Assembly: GCF_006345805.1 (NCBI RefSeq)
Contig: NC_043015.1
Location: 38,688,001 to 38,752,000 of the forward strand
Length of the DNA: 64,000 bases
Direction: 5' to 3'
Origin: Octopus sinensis
Taxonomy: Eukaryota
Shown here: piece after piece, positions 11,828-24,952 of the stretch
Layout of the letters: each line of letters starts with the position of its first letter
Position numbering within the stretch: position 1 is the stretch's first letter
The notes under the pieces: generated by a model
Databases searched by the model: none
The model's input: the letters and a program-made list of their open reading frames with translations, nothing else
Told to the model about the DNA's origin: nothing
Made by a program: the position numbers and the translations under genes

Positions 11828-11905
11828 TCTACCTCGTTGGCTCTGTTAGAATATCCAGTCTTGAATGCCTCAGTTGATTCTAACTGTGAGAACATCACAT
11901 ACAAG
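11828..11905 (+). CDS. DBT: DBT coding exon
   Basis: cctgtag acceptor and AAG|gtatat donor, 78 nt. [26 protein letters not shown]. Confidence 0.96.
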
Positions 11906-13106
11906 GTATATATTTGTTTTTGTTACTGTTGTTGTCATTAATATAAATTACACACCTACAGGGTGTGTCAATGTTTTGAGATTATTTGTATGAATTTAGA
12001 GAAAATTGTTTATCAAAGAAAAGCTGTATTTGAAAACAGAACGGTACAAATAACCATGAGAACCCTTTTGTCACACCTGGTCAATGAATCCACTGTTAGC
12101 ATCAATGATGATGTTGGAGCACTGGATAGATTAACTGGTAGTGTCTGGTCTTTTTATACTCTGAGTTCGAATCCCACCTTGGCTAACTTTGCCTTTCACC
12201 CTTTCAAGAGCAATAAATGTTGTGAGCCAATTATTATTATTTTTTGTTTTTTTTATTGTCTTTTGCTTTCTGTCCCTTTCTGGACGATGTTGGCTATAAT
12301 CAAACTATGTTTAGAATGCCTCATACATTCCATATATTACAACAGCACTCTTATCATCATCATTGTTTAACGTCCGCTTTCCATGCTGGCATGGGTTGGA
12401 CGATTTTGACTGAGAGCTGGCAAACCAGACAGCCGCACCAGGCTCCAATCTTGATCTGGCAGAGTTTCTACAGCTGGATGCCCTTCCTAACGCCAACCAC
12501 TCCGTGAGAGTAGTGGGTGCTCTTTACATGCCACCGGCACGTGGGCCAGTCAGGCAGTACTGGCAATGACCTCACTCGAATCTTTTTACAGGTGCCAGTA
12601 AGGCGCAGAAGCTTAAGCGCTTATAACTACATATACATATATATTTATACCTTCATCATCATCATTTAACATCTGTTTTACATGCTAGCATGGGTTGGAT
12701 GGCTTGACAGGAACTGGCAAGGCCAGGGATCACATGGTTTCTACGGCTGGAGGCCCTTCCTAACACCAGCCACTCAACAGAATGTACTGGGTGTTTTTTT
12801 ACGTGGCACCAGCACCGGTGCTCTACACATTGAGAGAGAGGCAGATCGGAAGAGCAGAATTGACTCCATTACAAAATAGATATTTCATTTATGGATTGCA
12901 AAATAATGAGAAACAAATTGACTTTGGTGGTATTTGAACTCAGAGTGCAGGGTATTCACCTCCATCCACTTCTACTTATAAACATCTATCTCCATGTATC
13001 CACTCATCATTTTATTTATTTGTCTTTCTGTTATTCTCCTCGTTAAGCAAGTTCATTAGCAACATACCTCGTTATGGTCAAATTTTCTCTCTCTCTCTCT
13101 CTCCAG

Positions 13107-13298
13107 GCTTCCCACAACATTGGTATTGCAATGGACACTCCTGATGGCTTGATTGTCCCGAACATAAAGAATGTACAAAGCTTGAGTCTACACCAGATCG
13201 CATTGGAATTGAACCGACTTCATGAACTCGGCATCAACGGCAAACTTGGCCCCTCTGAACTAAAAGGTGGCACTTTCTCTCTTTCAAACATTGGAAGT
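13107..13298 (+). CDS. DBT: DBT coding exon
   Basis: (ct)n ccag acceptor and AGT|gtaagt donor, 192 nt. [24 protein letters not shown]...[11 protein letters not shown]. Confidence 0.97.
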
Positions 13299-15709
13299 GT
13301 AAGTTAGATTTATCACAACTCTGCTTTTGTTGTTGTTGTTTAACAGTTGTATAAAACCCTGATGCAGGCTTCCTTCCTCTCTTTATATGTCTCTCTTTTT
13401 ACATACATGTCATTGTCACATACACACAGTGAGAAATAATATATATCATCATCATCATCGTTTAACGTCCGTTTTCCATGCCGGCACGGGTTGGACTGTT
13501 CGACTGGGGTCTGGGAAGCCAGGAGGCTGCACCAGGCTCCAGTCTGATCTGGCAGAATTACAGCTGGATGCCCTTCCTAACGCCAACCACTCTGAGAGTG
13601 TTGTGGGTGCTTTTACGTACCACTGGCACGAGGGCCAGTCGGGCGGTACTGGCAACGGCCACGCTCGAATGGTGTTTTTTACATGCCACCTGCACAGGAG
13701 CCAGTCCAGCGGCACTGGCTACGACCTCACTCAAATGATTTTCACGTGCCAGTAAGGCGATGCTGGTAACGATCACGCTCGAATGGTGCTTTTTATGTGC
13801 CACCGGCACAGAAGCCAGTTAGCCACTCTGGCAATGATCATGCTCAGATGGTGCTCTTAGCACTCCGTTTATTTATATTTGTGTATACACACACACACAC
13901 ACACATACACATTTGTTTTGATGCTAAGTTTTTGTCTTTTTGCATGATACATCTGATTCCTCATAAACCAAAGTTGTCTTTTTGCAGTGCATTCAGCAAC
14001 ACTGTTCACCTCATTACTTCCCAATCTTTACAAATCTATGGCTCTTTGGCATTCAAAAAAACCACACCTTACTTCTCTTCAGCATCACACACAAGCATCA
14101 AACATTTTACCCTCTTCTCCAAAAATATATTATGTACAATCAAATAAAATTAAGTTTTCAATGAACACTGAGTGTTGAATTTAAACTAATTGACATTCAC
14201 TGGACAGAGAGAAACAAGTGTCCTTTATACAGTCTATAAAGGGGTTTGTTTATGAATGATCTTGTGTGTTTATTTACTCACTCTCCCTGCTCGATGACAT
14301 CTCAGATTCATTTGGGTTACGTTACAACACCAAAACAAACACTGCTTAACACATCAGCTATTTGTGTATATGTGTTATATACATTATGTATATAGATATA
14401 TATATATATAGATGATGATGATGATATATATATATATAGTTAATCCAAACAAGAAAGCACAAAAAACACAACAACACGAGGACGTGGAACAAATATAGTA
14501 TTATTGGATGCTCAGGAAAGAAGGAGGGTTTAACGTTTTGAGTGAAGTTCTTCGTCGGAAACATAAGAGAAGGAAAGATCCAGAGAAGGGAAGACATGTA
14601 TGTGTGTATATATATATATATACATACACACATATATGTACTAGCTGAATGACCTGGTGTTGCCCAGCTTACTGCTGTTTTTATTCAGATTAGTAAACAA
14701 CGAATATAAAGATATATTCTCATAATTATTTCAAAATATCTATATTTTATTTTTAAAATATCCAAATTGTAATGAAAATAGAATTTTGAGCTGAAAGTCT
14801 GTCAATGTTGAAGCACCACAGGGTGAACAATATTTAATTGTGTCATTTTTTTGTTGGTGTTGAAATGAATAAATTATTGTTGCTTCTAAGTTGGCTGTGA
14901 GAGAAGCATGTAGCAGAGAGATCAAGTCTTGAGGGATTCACCCTGAGATTTGTTAATTGAAATATTAATTGAAATATCAAAATCTTAGTTTGACTGGAAA
15001 CTGAAGTGTTTTAAATTCAATCAAACTGTGTAATGATTACCAGGCTTCTTTCAGTTTCCATCTACTAAATCTATTCACAAGGCTTTGGTCAGCCTCAGGC
15101 TATAGTAGGAGACACTTGCTCAAGGTGACACACAGTGGCACTGAATGCAGAACCATGTGGTTAGAAACCAGACTTCTTGTGGTTGGAGCCTCTGAAAAAA
15201 GGTGACCAAGAAAAACAGGCGAAGAACTTTTGAAGTTTTTTAAAGATGGTTCTCACTAGGGAAATGACAAAAGCCAACAATAAGTGGAGGAATGGTGTGG
15301 GGGGGTTCAGTGATGCTGCAAAATGAACTGAAATAGCAGTGAGTAGAGAGGACTTTAACTTTGACAGCCTGATGCAGTCAGTTCCGTTTGTAAAGTGGTT
15401 GGTGACAGGAAGAGCATCCAGCCATGTAAAACATGCCAAAAATAAAGCATACAAACAAGATGTGGTCTCTGGTGTGTGTGTGTGTGTGGTAGGTACAGTA
15501 ACCACTGAGGAATTCATGTGGACCACAACTCCTAACCTATGCAAGCATAGAAAAACTATTGTAAATTTATTGACACATATACACACAAATATATGTAAAA
15601 GTTTGTGAATAATGTTATATATATGTGTATGTATGTATGTGTATATGTGTGTGTATAGATATATATATATAGATATATGTATATGTGTTATCTTAATATA
15701 TTTTCCTAG

Positions 15710-15781
15710 ATTGGTGGAACCTATGCACGTCCATTGATAATGCCCCCTGAAGTAGCCATCGGTGCACTTGGAAAGATATCA
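15710..15781 (+). CDS. DBT: DBT coding exon
   Basis: ttttcctag acceptor and TCA|gtaagt donor, 72 nt. [24 protein letters not shown]. Confidence 0.97.
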
Positions 15782-16317
15782 GTAAGTTTTACACCTTTTA
15801 CACTTTCTTTATGTCCCATACTCTCTCTCTCTCTCTCGTTTCTCTCCCCTAAACACATTCTGTAGAGACGCTTCTGAAAAAGACTCATGGAAAACCGATT
15901 AAAGCAGTAACTTGATCAATTCCTAGCAATATCTGAAGAAGGGAACTTTATATTCCAAAATATTATATCAGACTATGAATAATTAAAACATAACAGTTAT
16001 TATAACAGTCCACCCTGCATTGTTGGGCCATTCAAGACATTTTATATTTCACAAGCAATAAACAATGCCTCCAGTGAACTGCAATACTCTCCTATCTTTT
16101 ACTGGTTCCAGTCATTGAATTGTGGCCATGCTGGAGCGTTACCTTGAGGGTTATAGTCAAACAAACTGACCCAGTACCTATTTTCTTTACCTGGTATTTA
16201 TTCTAGCAGTCTCATTTACAAAACTGCTAAGTTACAGGAACTTAAACGCACCAAAAGCAGTTGTCAAGCTGTGGTGCTGGGACAAAGACCTACACAATAG
16301 GCCATACATAGATACAT

Positions 16318-16730
16318 TATCATCATCATCCTTTAACGGTCATTTTCCATGCTGGCTTGAGGCGGGCAGTTTGACCAGAGCTGACAAGTTGGAGAGCTGC
16401 ACAAGGTTCCCGTCTGATTTGGCTTGGTTTCTACGGCTGGATGCCCTTCCTAACACCAGTGACTTAATATTATGTGCTGGGTGCTTTTGACGAGGCACCG
16501 GCCCAAGTACTTTTGCATGGCAATGGCACGAGTGCTTTTGACATGGCACCAGACCAGGACTCTTACAGGCGAATCATCTTCACCAAGGGGGATGGTCTTA
16601 ACACTTCTGTTGTGAAGGATGGGTCTTCTTGAGTACTGCAAGGTGCCAGGTATCTTGGTCCTTTGTCATCTCGTCTGAAAAGATCAGCATCATGATGTCA
16701 TCGTATGTCTTCATGGATCTCCCTTGTCCC
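16318..16730 (-). mobile_element. Decayed RTE LINE 3' end (ORF end, UTR, GGAAGGGCATCC domain, tail)
   Basis: (CAT)n tail at 16318 and ggatgcccttcctaac at about 16440, followed by a remnant of the RTE ORF2 C-terminus (16600-16730). Confidence 0.6.
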
Positions 16731-16774
16731 ATGTCTTATATAAATTTATGTGTATATATATATATAAATGTATA

Positions 16775-17639
16775 TGAGGTCTGATCAATAAGTATCCGGA
16801 CTGTTGCCATAGTAATGAAACTAATGCACAAAGAGTAAAGCTGCTTGGCAAAGATTAACCTTAAACTCTGCTGTGCATGTGCACTTGGTTTTAACATTCT
16901 AACTCACTTCCGCTGCTTACAGCAGTGCTTGGAAGGAAGGTATGTAGCGTGTGATCGTCGCATTGACCCATTGACCTTGACAGAGAAAGTTGTCATGGCG
17001 ATACCTACTCAAAGGCCTACGCAAAGTTGCAGAAAGCATATAAAGACGAGTGTATTCAGATGATTACAAAATAGCAGAAAAAACGTCAATATTGATGAAT
17101 GTTCTGGGAGACCTGTGACCAGCAGGACTGAGAGAAACAGGAGATGTGCATGCAGCTGAGGGGAAATCATCGAATCCCCATCCGTGAGTTATCAGAGGAT
17201 GGGCAGATTAGTTATGGCTCAGTTCAGTTCATTTATCAATAAAGATTTGGGTATGAGACGCATATCTGCCAAGTTTGAGCCAAAACTGCTTTCAGCTGAC
17301 CATAAAGACACTCGGGTTTCAGTTGCACAAGATCTCTTTGATTGTGTCGAGAACGATGAAAACTTTTTGAGAACTTTGCGGAGGCTTCTGAGCAGGTATT
17401 GCCAAGCCTTTTGAAAATTTTGATGCAGATTCTCTGCTCAGCTTCCTCTGTGATGGTCAATGCAACGATCACACGCTACACACCTTCCTTCGAAGCATTG
17501 CTGTAAGCAGCGGAAGTGAGCTAGAACATTAAAGCTTGCACAGCAGAGTTTCAGGTCGATCTGTGCCAAGCAACTTCACTCTGTGTGTTTTAGCTTTGTT
17601 ACTATGGCAACAGTCTAGATATTTATTGATGAAACCTTG
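16775..17639. mobile_element. Mariner derivative with two left ends (foldback)
   Basis: TA-flanked TIRs (TGAGGTCTGATCAATAAGTATCCGGACTGTTGCCATAGTAA and its inverted match). Transposase pieces lie on both strands: DLGMRRISAKFEPKLLSADHKDTRV (+) and EQRICIKIFKRLGNTCSEA (-). Confidence 0.85.
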
Positions 17640-18004
17640 TATATATACTTGTATGGGTGAGGTGTACTCGCACCATGCAGCTTGCCCGACGGTGTTTATA
17701 CATCCATATTTGTTAATGGTTATTTTTAATACTTTTCTCACTGAATTTCTTGTTTGTTTCTCTTTTTACCATCTGGGATTTTATTTTTGAGCTGTAGTCT
17801 TACCACACACACACACACACACGTGCTTAGACACACACACACACACACATGTGCTTAGACACTCACACACACACACACACACATGTGCTTAGACACACAC
17901 ACACATGTGCTTAGACACACACACACACACACACACATATTGTTGTACTTGTTGTTAATCTTCTCTTCCTGATCTTTTTCCTTTTGCATTTGTTCTCGCA
18001 TCAG

Positions 18005-18172
18005 GTTCGACCCAAATTCAACCACGAGGGAGAAATTGTGAAGGCACACACCATGCAGGTCAGCTGGTCCGCCGACCATCGTGTAATAGACGGCGCCACA
18101 ATGGCACGCTTTTCAAATATATGGAAAAGTTACCTAGAGAAACCTGGTACCATGTTACTGGACACTAGATAA
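18005..18172 (+). CDS. DBT: DBT last coding exon (catalytic His motif DHRVIDG, stop TAA)
   Basis: Long pyrimidine tract and catcag acceptor, 168 nt. [55 protein letters not shown]. Confidence 0.97.
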   Translation, partial: VRPKFNHEGEIVKAHTMQVSWSADHRVIDGATMARFSNIWKSYLEKPGTMLLDTR

Positions 18173-18295
18173 ATACACCTGATGCATTTGCACACCTCAT
18201 ATACACACACACAGTTGCATAGAAATCTACACATATATACACACATAATATAGCAATTCTAGAAACCAGTGTGGGTCCAGTTATTTCTGCTGGAT

Positions 18296-18330
<35 letters not shown>

Positions 18331-18521
18331 AATGTTTGGATATATGGACTGGAGAAAGAGTGCTCAATACAGGTTGTAGAGGTTATTTATTTGTTCAAAG
18401 CTGTTTATTGATTTTTGTTGCCTGACGGAAGAAATGCAAGAAACGCAGTAGTGAGGAGTGGTGGTCATCAGCTTCAAATAATATACACACATGATGATAT
18501 ATTTATATGTGTGTGTGTGTG

Positions 18522-18562
<41 letters not shown>

Positions 18563-20663
18563 TCATATATATATACACACACACAGATAAACCTATATCT
18601 GTATCTGTGTAGTTATGTCTTACATATAAATAAATTTAGGTACACACACGCACAAATTCTGGGCTGGTTCGGCTATGCTTTCTGATGCTTGCTCCAGTAT
18701 GACCATAGTCCAATAACTGAAGCAAATAAAGTAGTAGCATTCCTTTCCGATGTGTTCTTAGGATCCACTAATTTCTTTCAAGATTTCCCATCAAATCTTG
18801 TCTTTGAATAGTTATTGTATCTCTTGTTGTTTGCTTAGTTACAATCACTGGATCATGGCCATTCTGGGGCATTACCTTCTAAGGTATAGTGAATTCACTG
18901 TCCCCAGTATTTGTTTTCTTCAACCGTACGAAGATATAAAGACAAAGTGGAACCTGATGCCATTTGAGACTTGGGGACCTGACCAGGTTACAAAGTATTT
19001 TATTCAGTATTCAACTAATTATGTTATGTGCCTACCTCCATGTTTGTTCCTTTTAATACATCCTTTATTTCACCCCTGAACTATAATTGCAATTAAGGAA
19101 TCTTTGAAACTTCATTTTAGCTTTCCTCTGCCTCACTTTTTCCTCACTTCAATCAATCAATCTTTTTCTCTCACATTGAAATTCATATTTCTTTTTTTTT
19201 GTTTTTTCTCTTGTGGTAATTTGGTTCCCCACTTTCTTCCTAAATTTTTCTTGAGGTAATCCGATCAACATATTTTATACCAATGCTGTTAGACATCGCT
19301 GGTGATTCATTCGAAATTAAGAGATAAAAATCTGATCTCCTATTTAGAAATTGGTTTCAGTTCTCAGTTTACTAAAAGCTTTAGGATCGAGTAAGACTGA
19401 ATTTCTTAAAACTCAGTTTTGGCGTGGAGGTTAGTTTCGCCCTTTAGCATTCAGATTACTCTGTCAAATGTGTAATGTCCACTTTACAAGACTCTAAGTT
19501 TACGAGTTTTATTTCTCAAGCACAAATCCAAATTTTGAATAAAGTGCAAAAGTTTCTACTACCAAAATGCTTCTGCGTGTTACCAAGAAATTTATAGGGA
19601 GCAAGAAGAAAGCTCTTTCTAGACAAACAACTTTTTTAGACTTTTTTTTTCAAAAAGCAAATCTACAAGTCTATCCACGTGTGTTTGTGAATCGACAATC
19701 ACGTTTACAAGTGATGCTGTGCACAAGAGTCTAGTGCGAGTGAAAGTGATTCAGAAAATTATTATAAATAATATTATTATGAGTGATTTTGACATTCTTT
19801 TTAGTTTACATAAAATATTCTTTACATTCTACTGTTGTTTTCTTGCCATTTATTTACGAGAATTATAAATTTTATAGATAAAATGTTTTTCTGGGAATGA
19901 GTTACGATTTATAACATTGCTCCTATGGGAAATCATTGCTCTGCTTCACGAGGGGTCTCGGGGAATATATTGACCCCTATACTGAGGCATTACTGTATCA
20001 TCTCGTTCTTTTGAGATGATGATTTGTTTGTGTATTTTTAGAATGACATTGTAGGGTAGGTATGAGATGTTGGATCTGGTCAGTTTGAACATAAAACAGG
20101 TAGAATAATTGAGCCGGATACATCCAGTTTAATTGTTGATTTTTCTGATTTTATTTACAAAGGTAATATAAAAAAAAAAACAAAGAAACACTGTTTTTAT
20201 TTATATTTTCGCTGGTTTATTCTTCAGCTGTAATAGTATTGTCTATGTTGTTCTGTTCTGATCAAGCAGATCTATGATCAAAGCCACTCCAGCCATGACT
20301 ATCTCATTTTTTTTTGAAGCTGGATGGCTTTTGATTTCAGGAAAATTTGGCAGCTATTTCTCTCCGCTTGAGTGACTACATACAGGTGACATCGTTAGCT
20401 TGTGTTTAAGTACCAGTAATAAACTATCTTCCTCTGTCTGGCCAAATGTGTGGCCTTGTACCTATGTTGGAAAACATTATTATGAATTTTCCTTTGGCCC
20501 TTTTACTGTGGAACTCAGATCCATCCACATAAATTTCCTTACCTTTAACTGCAGAAAGCAGTTTTAGATGAGAAATGTCATGATTGAAACTAGTTTTATC
20601 TGGTTTACTTTGACAACATGACTTGCAGAAAATAACAATTCTGCTTTTTTGGTAGATATTTAA

Positions 20664-20884
20664 CCCTTTTGTTACCATATTTCTGTTGAGATGCTCTGTG
20701 TTTCTTCCAATTATTTTAAATATAACAAAGAATTTAGTAAAATGACTTAGTAATCATTCAGCTAGTGTTAGGAACATTAATTGTGACTAAGGTTTGGTGG
20801 AAAATTTTAATTCAAAACTTACAAAAACAAGGCATTTGTACTACAGAGTCAGAGGCAGTTTCAGGCGAGTTGGTAACAAAAGGG
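20664..20884 (+). mobile_element. piggyBac-type MITE (about 220 bp)
   Basis: TTAA|CCCTTT...AAAGGG|TTAA. Same family at 20959-21177, 31950-32155, 33065-33285 and partially at 58461-58603. Confidence 0.88.
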
Positions 20885-20958
20885 TTAACATTATTATGGA
20901 ATAAACCTGAAATTTCACAGCAAAAAGATTAAGAATGACAAGTGACAAAATTGGTCAA

Positions 20959-21177
20959 CCCTTTCATTAGCAGCATGGCTGAAACCAGCTCTGGCTCTGT
21001 AGTACAAATGTCTTGTTTTCATAAGTTTTGAATACAAATCTTCCACCAAACCTTAGTCACAATTTGTTCCTAACACTAGCTGAATGATAACTAAGTTATT
21101 TTACTAAATTCTTTGTTATATTTGAAATAATTGAGAGAAAAACAGAGCATCTCAACAGAAATAGAGTAACGAAAGGG
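20959..21177 (-). mobile_element. piggyBac-type MITE, inverted copy
   Basis: Reverse complement of the 20664 element; ends gaaaggg|TTAA. Confidence 0.85.
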
Positions 21178-22295
21178 TTAAACATGTTTGAAGAGATGCT
21201 GTGTTTGTTTAAAAACCCGTTTTTGTTCTTAGCTTAAAAAATCTCTCCAGTCATCAAACTACATTTTTCAACCTTTGATGAAATCTGGAAATGTACCAGT
21301 GGTATGTCAGGGCTTCCTTCCAATTGCATTGGCTTTCCGCTGAATATTAATGTTTGCCTCAATATTATTGTTGAGCTTCAGAAATGTTTGTCGCAATTAA
21401 GCAACATTAATTAGTCAGAGCAGGAGGTGTAATTAGTGGTAGAAGGGCGAGGCTTATTCACTTAGACAATAGAACATTGAAAGCCTAAGAGTTCGTTTGT
21501 AACGCCATGTTGTGCATGTACATGTTTGTGTGTGTGTGTATATATACACACACATATCTAAATATATATGTACATATATATACATACATACACACACACA
21601 AACAAACATGCCTGTCTCCTCATTAATAATAAAATACACTGATGGAAATGTCAAATGATGAATTATTAATTAGATCAGTAAAGCACTACTGGAGAAGAAA
21701 GTGTTTAGCAGTGATTTATGAAGTCTTCTTCAGCCTCATGTCAGCCCAGTGGTCAAAGGCATTCCAACCATGACCATCCTGTCATTTTTGTATATATATA
21801 TATATATATAAAAAAAGAATATCTTTTTTTTTCTTAATATTGTAGAGTCTGATTTGAGAGAGAATCGGCTGCTATTTCAGCTAAAACAGCGACCACCTCT
21901 TCCTTCCACAGGCAAGGACTCAAAATGTTAAGGACATTTGCTCCTCAAAGCAGCAAACTGGCCAAATGCTTAGTAGCTTGTCTTTCAGCTCTTTAGATTC
22001 TAACATCAACTTCGTCTTCATCCTTCCACAGCCCACTGAAATAAAGTATCAAGGTCAATGTAATAGACCAATCCCTTCTCCCCTAAAATTTCTAGCCCTT
22101 GTGCCAATATCTGAAACCCTTGAGCTCATTTAATTTTTGTCAGTGTAGTTCAGCTCACTAACAAAACCCTATCCAGTTATGGTGATACCACAGCAGTACC
22201 ATGAACTCCTTGGAATAAGGAGTGTGAACACCAGCTCTCTGACTGACACCCTTATTACATTGAGCCCACAGCAATTCTGATGTTTTTAGAGATGA

Positions 22296-22538
22296 GGAAT
22301 TCTGTGCATTATTTACATTGGCCGGATAGGTGTCCTCATCTTGTTTGTTATCACAATGCTTTGGCTGATTTACTCTCCAGCCTTCCTCAGGTGTCCCAGT
22401 GAAATTGAGAACCCAGGGTTGGGTTCAAAATTCCACCAGGACACTTGATGAAGGCTGGAGAGTAAATCAGGCAAAGCGTTGTGATAGCAACAAACGAGAT
22501 GAGGACACCTATCCGTCCAATGTCAATAATTTAATTCT
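22296..22538. mobile_element. Inverted-repeat element made of a Penelope-type terminal sequence
   Basis: About 90-100 bp inverted arms around a 42 nt loop. Loop plus right arm match the SINE tail at 52806-52930. Confidence 0.75.
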
Positions 22539-22639
22539 GGTGCTGTATTAGTGATAACCCCACAGAGAATATCAAGTAACCCTATCAAACTGTTACTCCA
22601 CTAAAGTTTCTCTCTAGTATATTTTATATATATAGATGT

Positions 22640-22986
22640 ATTTCTTTTAAACCTGTCATTTTGACTGTGGTCATGCTGGAGCACTGTTTTAAAGTGTGTT
22701 AAAGAAACTGACCCCAGGACTTATTCTATCAATCTATTTTGCCAAACTTAAGTTACGGGGACATAAACACACCAACATCAGTTGCCAAGCAGCAGGGAGG
22801 CAAACACACAAACACAAATATATACACATGATGGGCTTCTTTCAGTTTCCATCAACCAAATTCACTCACAAGGCCTTGGTTGGCCCAAAGGCTTTAGTAG
22901 AGGACACTCACCCAAGGTGCCACAGTGGGACTGAACCTAGAAACCATGTAGTTGGGAAGCAATCTTCTTACCACACAACCATGCCT
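22640..22986 (-). mobile_element. tRNA-derived SINE family A (near full length)
   Basis: Reverse complement of the 3847-4244 element. Other copies or fragments at about 5020-5165, 15040-15180, 16095-16300, 24020-24170, 27760-27970, 31130-31400 and 62990-63140. Confidence 0.8.
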
Positions 22987-23452
22987 GCACCTATGTCTAT
23001 AAATATATGTGTTAACTTGTAGCCTAGAAGGTAGAAAAGATTCTGTTTCAAAGCTCTTTGCCACAACTGAATGTTGACTACATTCAGTTATGGTTTGCAC
23101 TCGTACATAGACTGCACCGTAAGCTTAAAAAATTGCTTCCAAAATTCATCAATTGCATTCTCTCTTCCCCTATATACAAACACATACCTGATATGTATAT
23201 ATATATATTTAATCATATCAAATGGAAATGGAAATTAATTAAAATTTACATTTCCAGTGGCCTAACATGTAAAAAATTTAGTTGAAAAGACTTATATATT
23301 AGTCATATATATTAGTGTATATTTAAACACATAAGGAATCCACTTATAGGAATTCAACACGCTAGAAAGAACAGCTAGGTTCTATAACCACAAAAATTAG
23401 AGATAAAATTCGACAGGAACAAATTGAAAAATGAAACATTTTACCATCTACT

Positions 23453-23484
<32 letters not shown>

Positions 23485-24395
23485 TACATCTTGATGCTGT
23501 ATTACCACTCATTCAACAGCTGACGAAGGTTTATAAAAGTGTCTTCTGACAGCCAGGGATGTAGTAATACCAGTTGTCTCTGTAGTGGAAGTGTAAACTG
23601 TTCCCATTGCAGACAAATTTCCTCCACACAATCAAAGAGAATTATGGAATGTGATACCAAATAAAAATTTTAAAAAACAAAATATTTGTTATAAAAATTG
23701 GATAACTTTTTTCTTTTCAATTTTCTTTCTTTTCCTATTTGGAATGTTTTAAAGCTGAGGGTTGTTTTTACAGCTGGTTCTCTTCCCTCTGTGGTAGCAG
23801 AAATGGCTCTGGTAAGAAGCTTGCTTCTCAACTAGTGTTGTCTACTATAGCCTCAGCAGCTGACCAAAGCCTTATGAGTGGATTTGTTAGATGGAAACTG
23901 AAAGAAACCCATTGTATATTTTCATATAGCTGGATGGGTTGTTCACAGAAGATTGGAAACTGACCAACTTTGTCTGATGGTGAGGCCCTTTTATGACCAT
24001 CACATGATGTCTAGACAAGGATAAACACACACACTAACACTTATACACAAAAATATAGTTTCTGTCAACCGAATCCACTGACAAAGCTTCGGTCAGGTCT
24101 ATATAGTAAAGACACTTGCCCAAGGTGCCGTATCTGTTGGGAAGCAAGCTTCTTAACCACAAGTGACAAAAAGGAAAGCAAAAAAATGAAGCATTATCAG
24201 TTGTTACCAACTTCTGTGATAAACATAGACATGGCAATAGAGTCGAGATTGCTTTTTGATTTCAATGTGGCAACTACCTTCTGTTATCTCAGGTCTTGTG
24301 AGAAAAAATTGACAGAGGCCCATGGTATATTTTTTGTTATGCATACAGTAAAAGCAACCATTTTGGATGGCTGAAATTGTGAAACACACTTTAAA

Positions 24396-24770
24396 ATGAT
24401 GATAATGAAATTATTGTGTACAGTGCTCAGGTGCACCTTATCAAAGGTGCATGCAGAGTACATAGAAAGCATGGAGGTTTTAAAGGATGCAATGTCTTGG
24501 CAGCTAACAACTAATGCAGGTAGTTTGTTCCATGCTTCAGCAACTGTGAGTGTGAAAAAAAAAATGTTTCTGAAAGTCATGGGAGCTGTGCTTGGCATGC
24601 CCACATGTGTTAGGCACATGGAACTCAAAAAGGTGCTCAAGGTGGGTGTTGGCACAATTCTGTGGATGTTTACCAAGTCAGTTGCCAGACTGATTGCAAC
24701 CAGTTGAGCTTCTGAGCATTTACTGTAGAGCCAGAAGGAAATTTTTAAGTTATTAAAAATACACCTGCAA
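24396..24770 (-). mobile_element. CR1-clade LINE 3' end
   Basis: Minus-strand FFTLTVAEAWNKLPALVVSCQDIASFK resembles the CR1 C-terminal RVVxxWNxLP..FK motif. The 3' tail gtgcacctgagcactgt is also seen at about 745-775. Confidence 0.75.
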
Positions 24771-24886
24771 ACATGAGAATAAAGAAAATACATGCAAAAA
24801 AAGAAGAAGTCAAAAACAGTGAAAGTATTTTTAAATTGTGATATAACATTATTTAATCATTATAAAAGATGAAATATTTATCCAAG

Positions 24887-24952
24887 TTAACTTGAATATT
24901 TTGTTAATGCTTCTCTAATTTTCGGTTCACTTGCCCCTTTTATCTCCTCAAC
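24887..24952 (-). CDS. TXN: Thioredoxin last coding exon
   Basis: tttgccag acceptor; VEEIKGASEPKIREALTKYSS* (66 nt with stop). Confidence 0.9.
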   Translation of the reverse strand, partial: VEEIKGASEPKIREALTKYSS

